From Candidatus Babelota bacterium (GTDB lineage Bacteria; Babelota; Babeliae; Babelales; JACPOV01): 64,000 bases of DNA. Position 1 is the first letter of the stretch, and each line of letters starts with the position of its first letter. The notes beneath the pieces were generated by a model. It saw nothing but the letters and a program-made list of their open reading frames with translations, had not been told where the DNA came from and made no database searches. Positions 56,156-64,000 of this stretch are shown piece after piece. Made by a program: the position numbers and the translations under genes. The DNA lies in the NCBI GenBank assembly GCA_022707425.1, contig JAKJAQ010000001.1, positions 69,089 through 133,088 of the forward strand. Reading direction: 5' to 3'.

Positions 56156-57424
56156 TTAATAAATAGGAAATTGAGTGCACCATTTACGTACTTCCTTTTT
56201 GATGCTATTAAGATGGGTTGTTGATTCGTAATTTTTTAGTGCATCATCAATTAAATGAGCAATTGCTCTCACTTCTTTTTGTGCCATACCACGTGTTGTT
56301 AATGCAGGTGTGCCAATTCTAATACCGCTGGTAAGCCACGCAGGATTTGGATCAAACGGAATACAGTTGCGGTTAACAATTAAACCAACTGACTCAAGAA
56401 TTTGTTCTGCTTGTTTTCCATTGAGATGGTGAGCGCGTAAATCAAGAACAAATAAATGATTGTCAGTGCCACCTGAAACAATGCGATAATCTAATTTTTT
56501 AAATTCATCAGCCATTGCAGCAGCGTTGCGAACAATTTGTTGTTGATAAACCGCAAATTCTGGTTGTAAAGCCAGTTTAAAACCAACCGCTTTTGCTGCA
56601 ATTGCATGCATGAGTGGACCGCCTTGCATTCCCGGCATAGTTGCTTTATCAACTGCTTGAGCATGTGCTTTGGTGCACATTACTAAACCACCGCGTGGAC
56701 CGCGCAATGTTTTGTGAGTGGTACTGGTAACAAAATCGGCATGGGCAATAGGACTGGGATGAATTTTTGCCGCAATGAGTCCTGCAATGTGCGCGATATC
56801 TGCCATAAAAAGTGCGTTAACTTCTTTTGCAATCTGTGCAAATTGTGCAAAATCGATCGTGCGTGAATAAGCTGATGCGCCCGCGATAATAATGCGCGGT
56901 TTGTGCTCATGTGCCAATGTGCGAATTTGATCAAAATCGAGCTGTTCAGTGTCTTTATTGAGCGTATAATGAACGCTTTTGAATAATCTTCCAGAAAAAT
57001 TCACTTGATGACCATGGGTCAAATGACCACCTTCGGTTAAACTCATGCCTAAAATCGTATCGCCTGGATTGAGGGTAGCAAAATAAACTGCCATATTTGC
57101 TTGCGAGCCGGAATGTGGTTGAACATTGGCATGTTCTGCGCCAAAAAGTTCTTTGCATCGTTCTTGCGCTAGCAGCTCTGCTTTATCTACTACCTGACAA
57201 CCGCCATAATAACGTCTGCCTGGGTACCCTTCTGCATATTTATTGGTGAGCACGGAACCCAATGCATCTAATACTGCGCGCGGTGCATAATTTTCTGAAG
57301 CAATTAGGTTAAGCGTCTGTTCTTCGCGACGCATTTCTTCTTGTATGATCTCATAAAGTGCTTGATCAACAGCTGAAATTGTGCTTATTTTGGTCGATTT
57401 AGTTGATTTGTAGATATCATTCAT
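56156..57424 (-). CDS. glyA: Serine hydroxymethyltransferase
   Basis: NLIASENY, SGSQANMAVY and the PLP-lysine motif TTHKTLRGPRGG. Confidence 0.95.
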   Translation of the reverse strand: MNDIYKSTKSTKISTISAVDQALYEIIQEEMRREEQTLNLIASENYAPRAVLDALGSVLTNKYAEGYPGRRYYGGCQVVDKAELLAQERCKELFGAEHANVQPHSGSQANMAVYFATLNPGDTILGMSLTEGGHLTHGHQVNFSGRLFKSVHYTLNKDTEQLDFDQIRTLAHEHKPRIIIAGASAYSRTIDFAQFAQIAKEVNALFMADIAHIAGLIAAKIHPSPIAHADFVTSTTHKTLRGPRGGLVMCTKAHAQAVDKATMPGMQGGPLMHAIAAKAVGFKLALQPEFAVYQQQIVRNAAAMADEFKKLDYRIVSGGTDNHLFVLDLRAHHLNGKQAEQILESVGLIVNRNCIPFDPNPAWLTSGIRIGTPALTTRGMAQKEVRAIAHLIDDALKNYESTTHLNSIKKEVRKWCTQFPIY

Positions 57425-57567
57425 CGGTTTTAATCTGTTTTTTTAATTAAAATATAACTTAAGGATAAAACGGCCACGCAATTTTGTCATTCTTTTATGA
57501 ACATTGCAGAAAAAAATTAAAAATGAATATCAGGGAAGAAAAAGAAGATAGTATATAATTTGTCCAT

Positions 57568-57596
57568 TTGTCAGATTGTAATTAATTTGATAAATT
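57568..57596 (+). promoter_or_regulatory. Possible sigma70-type promoter for the small-protein array
   Basis: TTGTCA (57568-57573), a 17-nt spacer, then TAAATT (57591-57596). Confidence 0.3.
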
Positions 57597-57646
57597 GGTA
57601 ATGATTAACAGTTATGGGATTAATTGTAATAAATGGTGAAGGTAAA

Positions 57647-57916
57647 ATGTTGTGTTTTGTATTTATTATATCTGCGGTTACTTTGTGTTTAAACATGAAT
57701 GCAATGGATACTAATTGGCAGGAAAAAAAACTTCAAGATCAAAAGAAATTGTATTTAAAGGCTGCAAATCAATTTTTTTCCGCACATCAAGAGTTTGCAA
57801 ATACACCCCATGGTCAGCAAGTGCTCGAATGTGGTCAATTTGCCTATGACCAAGCAAAAAACAAAGAAAGCTCATTGCAAGATAGATTAGAAAAAAAAGA
57901 AACAAACAAAGAATAA
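57647..57916 (+). CDS. Small exported protein, tandem array member 1
   Basis: The ATG at 57647 follows GGTGAAGG. Leader MLCFVFIISAVTLCLNMNA followed by MD. Lys/Glu/Gln-rich helical body. Confidence 0.55.
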   Translation: MLCFVFIISAVTLCLNMNAMDTNWQEKKLQDQKKLYLKAANQFFSAHQEFANTPHGQQVLECGQFAYDQAKNKESSLQDRLEKKETNKE

Positions 57917-57938
57917 TAATCATAAATCGGAGGATGAT

Positions 57939-58262
57939 ATGTTTAAATTTATTTTGATTTCAATTACTGGCATTACGTTTGGATTGTCACTAAACGCGAT
58001 GGAGAATAATAAGAACGGCTCGCCAATAAAAGATAAGCAAAATGCCTTCAACAGATGTATGGCTGCGGAATGGAAAAAGCAGGCTAACTCTGTAGCAAAA
58101 TTCGCTGATAAAATTAATAACAATTCAACTATCTCGGCTGCTGAGAAAGCTCTCTGCCTTGGTGGATTGAAAGAAGATTTCAAATCTAAAATAAATAAAG
58201 CCGATAGTTATGCTGCTGGATTTGATGCTCGTCGTCAAGAAACTAATGACAAAAAAGATTAA
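57939..58262 (+). CDS. Small exported protein, tandem array member 2
   Basis: GGAGGA SD. Leader MFKFILISITGITFGLSLNA followed by MENNKNGSPIKDKQ. Clear paralog of member 3. Confidence 0.65.
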   Translation: MFKFILISITGITFGLSLNAMENNKNGSPIKDKQNAFNRCMAAEWKKQANSVAKFADKINNNSTISAAEKALCLGGLKEDFKSKINKADSYAAGFDARRQETNDKKD

Positions 58263-58293
58263 TTATATTGTTTGTAACATAAAGGATTATTTA

Positions 58294-58617
58294 ATGTTTA
58301 AATTTAATTTAGTTTTAATGGCTGGTCTTGTGTGTGGGTTGTCGCTGAGCGCAATGGAAAAGAAAGAAGGCTCGCCATTAAAAGACCAGCAATTTATGCG
58401 CTTGGAAAAAATGCGCAAAAAATTTCGTAATGAAGTCAAGATATTAGGAAGTTTTGCTGGTGCAATTACTAATGATCCTAATTTGCCTGAAGCTGAGAAA
58501 GTTCAATCTACTGATGCATTAAAAGAAAAATATAAAGATCGCGTAGAAAAATGTGAACAATTTGAAGCTGCCATAAATGTTCGTCGCAAAATCCTTGATG
58601 ACGATAAAAAAGCTTAA
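58294..58617 (+). CDS. Small exported protein, tandem array member 3
   Basis: The ATG at 58294 follows AAAGGA. Leader MFKFNLVLMAGLVCGLSLSA followed by MEKKEGSPLKDQQ. The ORF-track start at 58210 is an upstream extension overlapping member 2. Confidence 0.65.
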   Translation: MFKFNLVLMAGLVCGLSLSAMEKKEGSPLKDQQFMRLEKMRKKFRNEVKILGSFAGAITNDPNLPEAEKVQSTDALKEKYKDRVEKCEQFEAAINVRRKILDDDKKA

Positions 58618-58655
58618 AAACGAAACAGGGAATAATATTTAAAGAAGGGATTTAT

Positions 58656-58913
58656 ATGTTTAAATTTTTTTCATTTTTAGTTTTAAGTAGTTTTATAGCT
58701 ACAACGGTTTGCATGGAACAAAACACTCAAGAAAAAAGTGCACGTGAGCTCTCAAATGGAGCCTTTAAAACATTAGCAAAGCCTTCTGCTCATCCGTTTA
58801 TTTTTATAGTATCTCGGGGCAAGGCGCAATGGCTTTACGAAAAAGCCAATAATCAAATTTTGAATGACTTTGAACACAAAGATCGTAAAAACGATCCAAT
58901 AAAATATGAATAA
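58656..58913 (+). CDS. Small exported protein, tandem array member 4
   Basis: GAAGGGA SD. Leader MFKFFSFLVLSSFIATTVC followed by MEQ. Confidence 0.6.
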   Translation: MFKFFSFLVLSSFIATTVCMEQNTQEKSARELSNGAFKTLAKPSAHPFIFIVSRGKAQWLYEKANNQILNDFEHKDRKNDPIKYE

Positions 58914-58932
58914 ATACACCAAGAAAGATGAT

Positions 58933-59226
58933 ATGTTGACAATTAGATTGTTAATGCTGACTATTTTATTTCCGTATGCATGTCTTGCTATGGAATTGAA
59001 GCCGAATAATAAAAATCCGATTGATCCGCAAATGGCGAAATTAGCATACAAAGCATCGAGAAATTTGAATTTAGGCCATGGACTTATCAATTTGAGTTCT
59101 CGGGAGGATGATCCGGAAATCAAAAAGTCACAAATGAGTTATGCTTATAAAAAATTTGAGCGAGCTAACTATTGTGTTGATCAAATAAAAGAGCGCGTCA
59201 ATTATCCGGAAAGTCGAAAAGAGTAG
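58933..59226 (+). CDS. Small exported protein, tandem array member 5
   Basis: Leader MLTIRLLMLTILFPYACLA followed by MEL. The start at 58933 gives the 19-aa leader seen in the siblings. The ORF-track ATG at 58906 is the alternative. Confidence 0.5.
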   Translation: MLTIRLLMLTILFPYACLAMELKPNNKNPIDPQMAKLAYKASRNLNLGHGLINLSSREDDPEIKKSQMSYAYKKFERANYCVDQIKERVNYPESRKE

Positions 59227-59251
59227 AAAGATTACTTGAAAGGAACATGCA

Positions 59252-59542
59252 ATGTTTCAATTTTTTTTAGTTGTGTTGATAAGCATTGGTTGTTGTTTAC
59301 CTTTGATAGGTATGGAAAATGTTGAAAATAATACGCAGAGATCAAAGGTTTCTTCTTCTCAATCATCTCCTAAGGCGCTAGCCTATGAAAAATTCAATGA
59401 AAAGTTGAAAGCTTTGGCAGAAGGTAATGCGACACAAGCTCAAGTAAAAGAAGCTAATCTAGAATACGAACGAGAAAGAGCAAAAGAGGACGAAGCGCGA
59501 AGCGAGCGTGTCCGAAGAAATCTTTTTTCTGACAGAGAATAG
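59252..59542 (+). CDS. Small exported protein, tandem array member 6
   Basis: AAAGGA SD. Leader MFQFFLVVLISIGCCLPLIG followed by MEN. Charged helical body. Confidence 0.6.
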   Translation: MFQFFLVVLISIGCCLPLIGMENVENNTQRSKVSSSQSSPKALAYEKFNEKLKALAEGNATQAQVKEANLEYERERAKEDEARSERVRRNLFSDRE

Positions 59543-59694
59543 CTCTGAGCGAATAATAAAGAAAATTAATTGTGTTTAAAAAGCTCTGAGTTTAAAATAA
59601 CGCATTATTTTGCTCTTTCAAACTTTTTTGTTTGTTGTTATACTCAAAAAATAAGTCTAAAGAATACGGTTTTTTTCAGGTGAAAGGGCACAGC

Positions 59695-60255
59695 ATGATT
59701 GCAGCAGGAGATTTTCGAAAAGGTTCCAAAATCCTGTACAAAGGTGAACCGTACATGGTGGTCGATTTTCAATGGACCAAACCTGGAAAAGGCGGTGCCT
59801 ATGTTAAAGCAAAGATGAGGAACATGATCACCGGATTGGTGCATGAAGATACATTTCGCTCTGGTGAAAAACTCCCTGAACCTGATCTTGAATATCATCA
59901 AATGCAATATTTATACCGCGAAGATGATATATTTCACTTCTTAGATCAAGAAACATTCGAACAACATTCTTTTAATAAAAAACAAATTGCTGAAGTGCTT
60001 CCTTATTTGAAAGAAGAAATTGTGTACACAGTTCTTTTCTTTTCAGAACGACCAATTACAGTCACACCACCACTTTTCATTGAATTAAAAGTAACTGAAA
60101 CACCACCAGGTGTCCGGGGTGATACCGCACAAGGTGGTGCTACTAAACCGGCGACCGTTGAAACTGGCCATGTGTTAAATGTGCCTCTTTTTATCAATGA
60201 AGGTGATGTAATAAAAGTGGATACTCGCGATGGCAGCTACATTGAACGTGTTTAA
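59695..60255 (+). CDS. efp: Elongation factor P
   Basis: MIAAGDFRKGSKILYKGEPYMVVDFQWTKPGKGGAYVKAKMRN. 186 aa from the ATG at 59695; the ORF-track start at 59632 adds 21 atypical residues. Confidence 0.9.
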   Translation: MIAAGDFRKGSKILYKGEPYMVVDFQWTKPGKGGAYVKAKMRNMITGLVHEDTFRSGEKLPEPDLEYHQMQYLYREDDIFHFLDQETFEQHSFNKKQIAEVLPYLKEEIVYTVLFFSERPITVTPPLFIELKVTETPPGVRGDTAQGGATKPATVETGHVLNVPLFINEGDVIKVDTRDGSYIERV

Positions 60256-60277
60256 GCTTAACAACAAAGGTGGGGCT

Positions 60278-60796
60278 GTGGACGATCAAATTACTCCTGG
60301 CGCGTGCTCAGATTTAGAAATTGATGATCGTGAGCCTGAACAGTGGCGATCATTTGGGGCGCTTTCGATTCGGGCAAAACGGTCTTTGATGTTTCATATT
60401 TTGTATGCGGCAGATTCATATGAATACACAATTTCGGTCCAATCAATTGTTGATATGTTCAACAAAGGATTTGAGCTTGATATTCCTGTAGAAAGCGATT
60501 TAGTACAAACATCATCAGCGATCATTGAAAATCGTGCGGAACTTGATTCTCGCTATCAACCCTATTTAACCAATTGGCGCGCAGAACGCCTTGGAGTGAG
60601 TACAAAACTTATTTTGCGATATGCAATTTGGGAAATGATTAATACTCAAACATCACCGTCGATTGTAATTAACGAGGCGGTTGAGCTAGCAAAATGTTAT
60701 GCAGAGCGTGATGCGTATAAATTTATTAATGGCATTTTAGATGAAGTGCTTAAAACTTTACCTTCTCAATCCAGCGAGCAAGTAAAAGCTCAATAA
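60278..60796 (+). CDS. nusB: Transcription antitermination factor NusB (with an N-terminal extension)
   Basis: RAKRSLMFHILYAAD...RLGVSTKLILRYAIWEM...INEAVELAKCYAERDAYKFINGILD. The start is uncertain: a GTG at 60278 after AAAGGTGG, or an ATG at 60230 inside the efp 3' end. Confidence 0.75.
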   Translation: MDDQITPGACSDLEIDDREPEQWRSFGALSIRAKRSLMFHILYAADSYEYTISVQSIVDMFNKGFELDIPVESDLVQTSSAIIENRAELDSRYQPYLTNWRAERLGVSTKLILRYAIWEMINTQTSPSIVINEAVELAKCYAERDAYKFINGILDEVLKTLPSQSSEQVKAQ

Positions 60797-60798
60797 TA

Positions 60799-61611
60799 TT
60801 AAATGATCAAATGTGCAGGAACAGATTCCTCCTGCATGGTAAGATTAATTTCATGCACATCAACAATTAGACCATCAAGAATGGCACTGCTTTTTTCTAT
60901 AAATGATTCTTTATCACTTGTTACAAAGAATTCAACCGTTGGTTGATTGTTTTCATCTGTCGTCAACGTTGAAAGTATTGTATCTTCAGCAGAAATAATA
61001 CAAACGTCTGGGCCCATAATGTGTGCGATCTGTGTACGCACTAAAGCATAATGCGTGCAACCTAAAATAAGAGTATCAACCTTATTTTGTTTCAATGATT
61101 CTAGATAATGTTCAAGTAAGCTATTAATGTGAGAATGATTTCTTTCTTGCTGCTCAAGTGCAGGTACTAATTGTGGGCAGGCTTGTTCCACAATCTCAAA
61201 CCGCGGATTTAATGATAACAATGCATTTTTATGCGCATGTTGTCGAATCGATGCGGTGGTTGCAATCACGCCAATTTTATTATTTTTTGTTATTTTTGCT
61301 GCAGTGCGTACAACCGAATCTACCACGCCCAAGAAAGGCAGCTTCACAAATGAATTACACAGAAAGTCATAAGCAATAGCAGATGAAGTGTGGCATGCAA
61401 TCACACAAAGATCAATTTCTTGTTGGGCAAAAAAAGAAACTATTTGATGTGAAAATTGCTTAATCTGCTGAGGTGTTTTGTTTCCATAGGGCAAATTTGC
61501 GGTATCGGCAAGGTAAAGATAATGCGCTGGATAATGGGCAATTAGTTTATTTAGGATTGTTAATCCTCCAAGGCCCGAATCAAAAACGCCGATTTTTTTA
61601 TATTGTTTCAT
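60799..61611 (-). CDS. murI: Glutamate racemase
   Basis: IGVFDSGLGGLT, IACHTSS and LGCTHY (the two catalytic Cys contexts). The stop lies 2 nt from the convergent nusB stop. Confidence 0.9.
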   Translation of the reverse strand: MKQYKKIGVFDSGLGGLTILNKLIAHYPAHYLYLADTANLPYGNKTPQQIKQFSHQIVSFFAQQEIDLCVIACHTSSAIAYDFLCNSFVKLPFLGVVDSVVRTAAKITKNNKIGVIATTASIRQHAHKNALLSLNPRFEIVEQACPQLVPALEQQERNHSHINSLLEHYLESLKQNKVDTLILGCTHYALVRTQIAHIMGPDVCIISAEDTILSTLTTDENNQPTVEFFVTSDKESFIEKSSAILDGLIVDVHEINLTMQEESVPAHLII

Positions 61612-61615
61612 TCAT

Positions 61616-62890
61616 TCAACCATTAGTTAATAGATACCAAAAGCAATCTAGGATTGAAAATTTACTCGCAGGTCTTTCATGCTCAACTAAAAACTTTTCG
61701 TTAAAATACGTGCGGTATGCTTCGGGCAATTGTTCAAAATCCTCTTTTTGTTGTCTTTCTTGCTGTTGATCTAAAGCCCATAATAGAATTTTTTTGTGAT
61801 TGGTTGTTTTGAATTGTTCATTTAAGAATTTGATATTTTCATCTGATAGATTTTCGAATAAATTTTTCATAAAAACGAAAATATGACTAAAATGCCAAAT
61901 ATCGATGCCGCCGTTTGATGATAATGATGCAAAAATTGGAGAATTTCTTTGAAGATCAAAAGAACGAATAAAATTATGTTGAGGTTCCAAAACTGAAACA
62001 ATTGCACTTTTTTCTGGCTTAATTAGGTAAATCTTACCCTCTGAAAGAGCGGTGAGTATATTATGTGTGTCACTCCAGCGCAAATTAGTTGGTTTTTTCA
62101 GTTTTATTTCAGTTTCATTATCGCTAACATCAAAAGTTTTATATTTTTTGATTGATACATTATTATTTTCCTCTGCAACATAAGCTAATATTGTGCCTGG
62201 GCCATTAGAAGTGATATGCCCAATGGTTTTTTGATCATCATTAATAATATTTTCTTGGTGCATAGAGTCATAAAGGGCGAAAATACCGTTATTTTTTGTT
62301 CCAATGAGTAAATGGTTGTCATTCCAGTATAATGAGGTAGGTAATGCATTTACTTGGTGTACAGCTATTTCATTTATCCTGTTTTTAGGATAAACACGGA
62401 CCTGATTTATTTCATTCATGATGAGAGCAAATTTTTCCCCTGAAGGGTGCCAACTTATTCCAGCTACTGTTTTAGGAAGTTCCAATAGATGTGAAACTTT
62501 TAATAAATCATGAGCATTTTCAGATTGCCAAAGTTTTATTTCCTTACCCCCAACCGTGATGAGATTGTTTTCCGTAGGGCTATAGGAAAGAAATGAAATT
62601 GGAGATGGATGGTTGTAATGAGACTCATCAAAGTTTACCGATTTTTCTGCAAAGTTTAATTCTGCTTTTGTAAAATCATATGTTTTTTCTTGAGGAATGA
62701 TTTGGGTTCCATTGTGATTTATACCTATATTGAATTCATCAATATGGGAATAATCACAAAATAGAGGTTGTGGGCTTACCGTTGCTATAATGTTCTGTTT
62801 TGCTTGTTCTGTTAATTGTTCTGATTCTTTTTCCATCGATTGTACATTAAAAAATAGGCTTAACAGAGCAATAAAAAATATATAATTCAT
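61616..62890 (-). CDS. Exported WD40/beta-propeller repeat protein (leader-ME class)
   Basis: Leader MNYIFFIALLSLFFNVQS followed by MEK. Repeats include LSYSPTENNLITVGGKEIKLWQ, ISWHPSGEKFALIM and FASLSSNGGIDIWH. AAGGAA SD. 4 nt upstream of murI. Confidence 0.65.
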   Translation of the reverse strand: MNYIFFIALLSLFFNVQSMEKESEQLTEQAKQNIIATVSPQPLFCDYSHIDEFNIGINHNGTQIIPQEKTYDFTKAELNFAEKSVNFDESHYNHPSPISFLSYSPTENNLITVGGKEIKLWQSENAHDLLKVSHLLELPKTVAGISWHPSGEKFALIMNEINQVRVYPKNRINEIAVHQVNALPTSLYWNDNHLLIGTKNNGIFALYDSMHQENIINDDQKTIGHITSNGPGTILAYVAEENNNVSIKKYKTFDVSDNETEIKLKKPTNLRWSDTHNILTALSEGKIYLIKPEKSAIVSVLEPQHNFIRSFDLQRNSPIFASLSSNGGIDIWHFSHIFVFMKNLFENLSDENIKFLNEQFKTTNHKKILLWALDQQQERQQKEDFEQLPEAYRTYFNEKFLVEHERPASKFSILDCFWYLLTNG

Positions 62891-62897
62891 TATTTCC

Positions 62898-64000
62898 TTA
62901 ATCTAAATGTACGATGCCTTTTAATAATTTGTTTATTATTAATTGTAACACAGAGTAATTATCTTTTTCACGAACTAGGTTATGTATGCGTAGCATTTGT
63001 TGCATATCTTTAGGCAGGCTATTAAAACTATCAACTACCTGTTTATCTTTTTTAGGATTAATAACTAATGGGCCATTTTTGAAAACCTTTTTCAACAGTT
63101 CTTGTTGTTTTGTAGACAGAGAATAATAAGGATTTTCGTTTACAAGAGCCATCCTTTCTATATCCCATAATTTAATATTTCCATTTACTGATCCGGAAAT
63201 TAGACGAGTGCCTTCATAATTAAAATCAATATCAGCTTTTTCATTGAGATTAAAACGTCCGATACGTGAATTATTTGCAGGGTTCCATACATTTACCACA
63301 CCATTTTGTGTCGCCGTTGCAATAATATTGTTTTGATGATTCCATTTGATGTGTGTTATGGTATCGTTATGATCGCCAATTTTTTTTGATGCTTCACTAG
63401 TGATTTGATAGAGCACAAGATCTTTGTTGTGTGCGACAACAAAATTTTCATTATCAGGACTTGATGCGATCAATGCCGTTTGCGCTCCAACAATCGATTT
63501 AATGAAGGTAAGAAGATTGTTTTTTTCTTCGAAAATATAATAACGGCCTTCGTTATTGCAGAGTATGACATATTTTTCGTTCCATTCGGCGCAAATTATA
63601 TTGTTCAATCCGCGAACGGAAGCTATAAATTCATTATTTTCTGTATTCCATATCTTAACAGAATTTTTTTTATGACTAACTGTTGCAAATTGTTTGCCAT
63701 TTGGACTGAATACAAAATTATCAATTGAGTCTTGAGTATTTATTTGTCTGGTTGGAAATACGTTATACAGTTCATCGTGTTGTGACGAAAGTGTCCATGT
63801 TGATGGATTATCATTTTCAAATGCAGCAATAATATTGTTGCCATCAGGGTGCCATGCGACTGGTCCAATAGTACCTTGTTTGCCAAAAAAGCTCCGATTA
63901 TTCCACAATAAACTATCTTCATTATTCTCTAAAAGCGAAAATGCAGATGATTGTTCGGTAGTAATAGCAATTTGATTGCCGTTAGGTTGCCAATTAATTG
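62898..64000 (-). CDS. WD40/beta-propeller repeat protein, 5'-partial (open to the right window edge)
   Basis: The ORF-track start at 63908 is a TTG. The frame stays open to nt 64000 and encodes a further repeat (...NWQPNGNQIAI...). Other repeats: VAWHPDGNNIIAAF, FSPNGKQFATVSHKKNSVKIWN, IATATQNGVVNVWN and LISGSVNGNIKLWD. Confidence 0.7.
   Translation of the reverse strand, partial: INWQPNGNQIAITTEQSSAFSLLENNEDSLLWNNRSFFGKQGTIGPVAWHPDGNNIIAAFENDNPSTWTLSSQHDELYNVFPTRQINTQDSIDNFVFSPNGKQFATVSHKKNSVKIWNTENNEFIASVRGLNNIICAEWNEKYVILCNNEGRYYIFEEKNNLLTFIKSIVGAQTALIASSPDNENFVVAHNKDLVLYQITSEASKKIGDHNDTITHIKWNHQNNIIATATQNGVVNVWNPANNSRIGRFNLNEKADIDFNYEGTRLISGSVNGNIKLWDIERMALVNENPYYSLSTKQQELLKKVFKNGPLVINPKKDKQVVDSFNSLPKDMQQMLRIHNLVREKDNYSVLQLIINKLLKGIVHLD

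Noticed and set aside
59541-59590. Direct repeat of the 9-mer AGCTCTGAG (59541-59549 and 59582-59590) upstream of efp
   Set aside because: There are only two short copies with no dyad symmetry and no obvious link to a promoter, so there is too little signal to interpret.

Overview
This is an AT-rich, densely packed bacterial chromosomal window with about 58 protein-coding genes. I found no rRNA, tRNA, CRISPR array, transposase or integrase by eye. TGA, TAA and TAG all act as stops, AAGGAG-type Shine-Dalgarno sites are common, and many neighbouring genes overlap as ATGA. Both window edges cut through genes: a giant protein on the left and a WD40 protein on the right.

Housekeeping blocks:
- nusA-infB
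- family-4 uracil-DNA glycosylase
- K+-type membrane pyrophosphatase
- class Ic ribonucleotide reductase nrdAB
- rseP
- pgi-zwf-gnd
- uvrC-clpB
- a TrxR-Trx fusion
- glyA
- efp-nusB
- murI

Accessory content between them:
1. A mirror-image array of consensus DnaA boxes at 9086-9346. It is a candidate oriC or DnaA-titration locus.
2. An 18-kb glycan locus at 35.4-53 kb. It carries a eukaryote-type STELLO/DUF288-like transferase, duplicated orphan families, an AsnB-type amidotransferase, three methyltransferases, GT2 and GT4 enzymes, and a flippase-GT4 fusion.
3. Many orphan exported proteins, including a tandem array of six small paralogs at 57.6-59.5 kb. Eleven proteins in the window share an 18-25-residue hydrophobic leader followed directly by Met-Glu or Met-Asp.
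4. Eukaryote-like domains: a C3HC4 RING finger and WD40 propellers.

These traits, together with an R2 subunit that matches my recollection of chlamydial R2c, suggest an intracellular or protist-associated bacterium (Dependentiae/TM6-like or Chlamydiae-like). That is inference only. All functional calls come from motifs read by eye, with no database searches.
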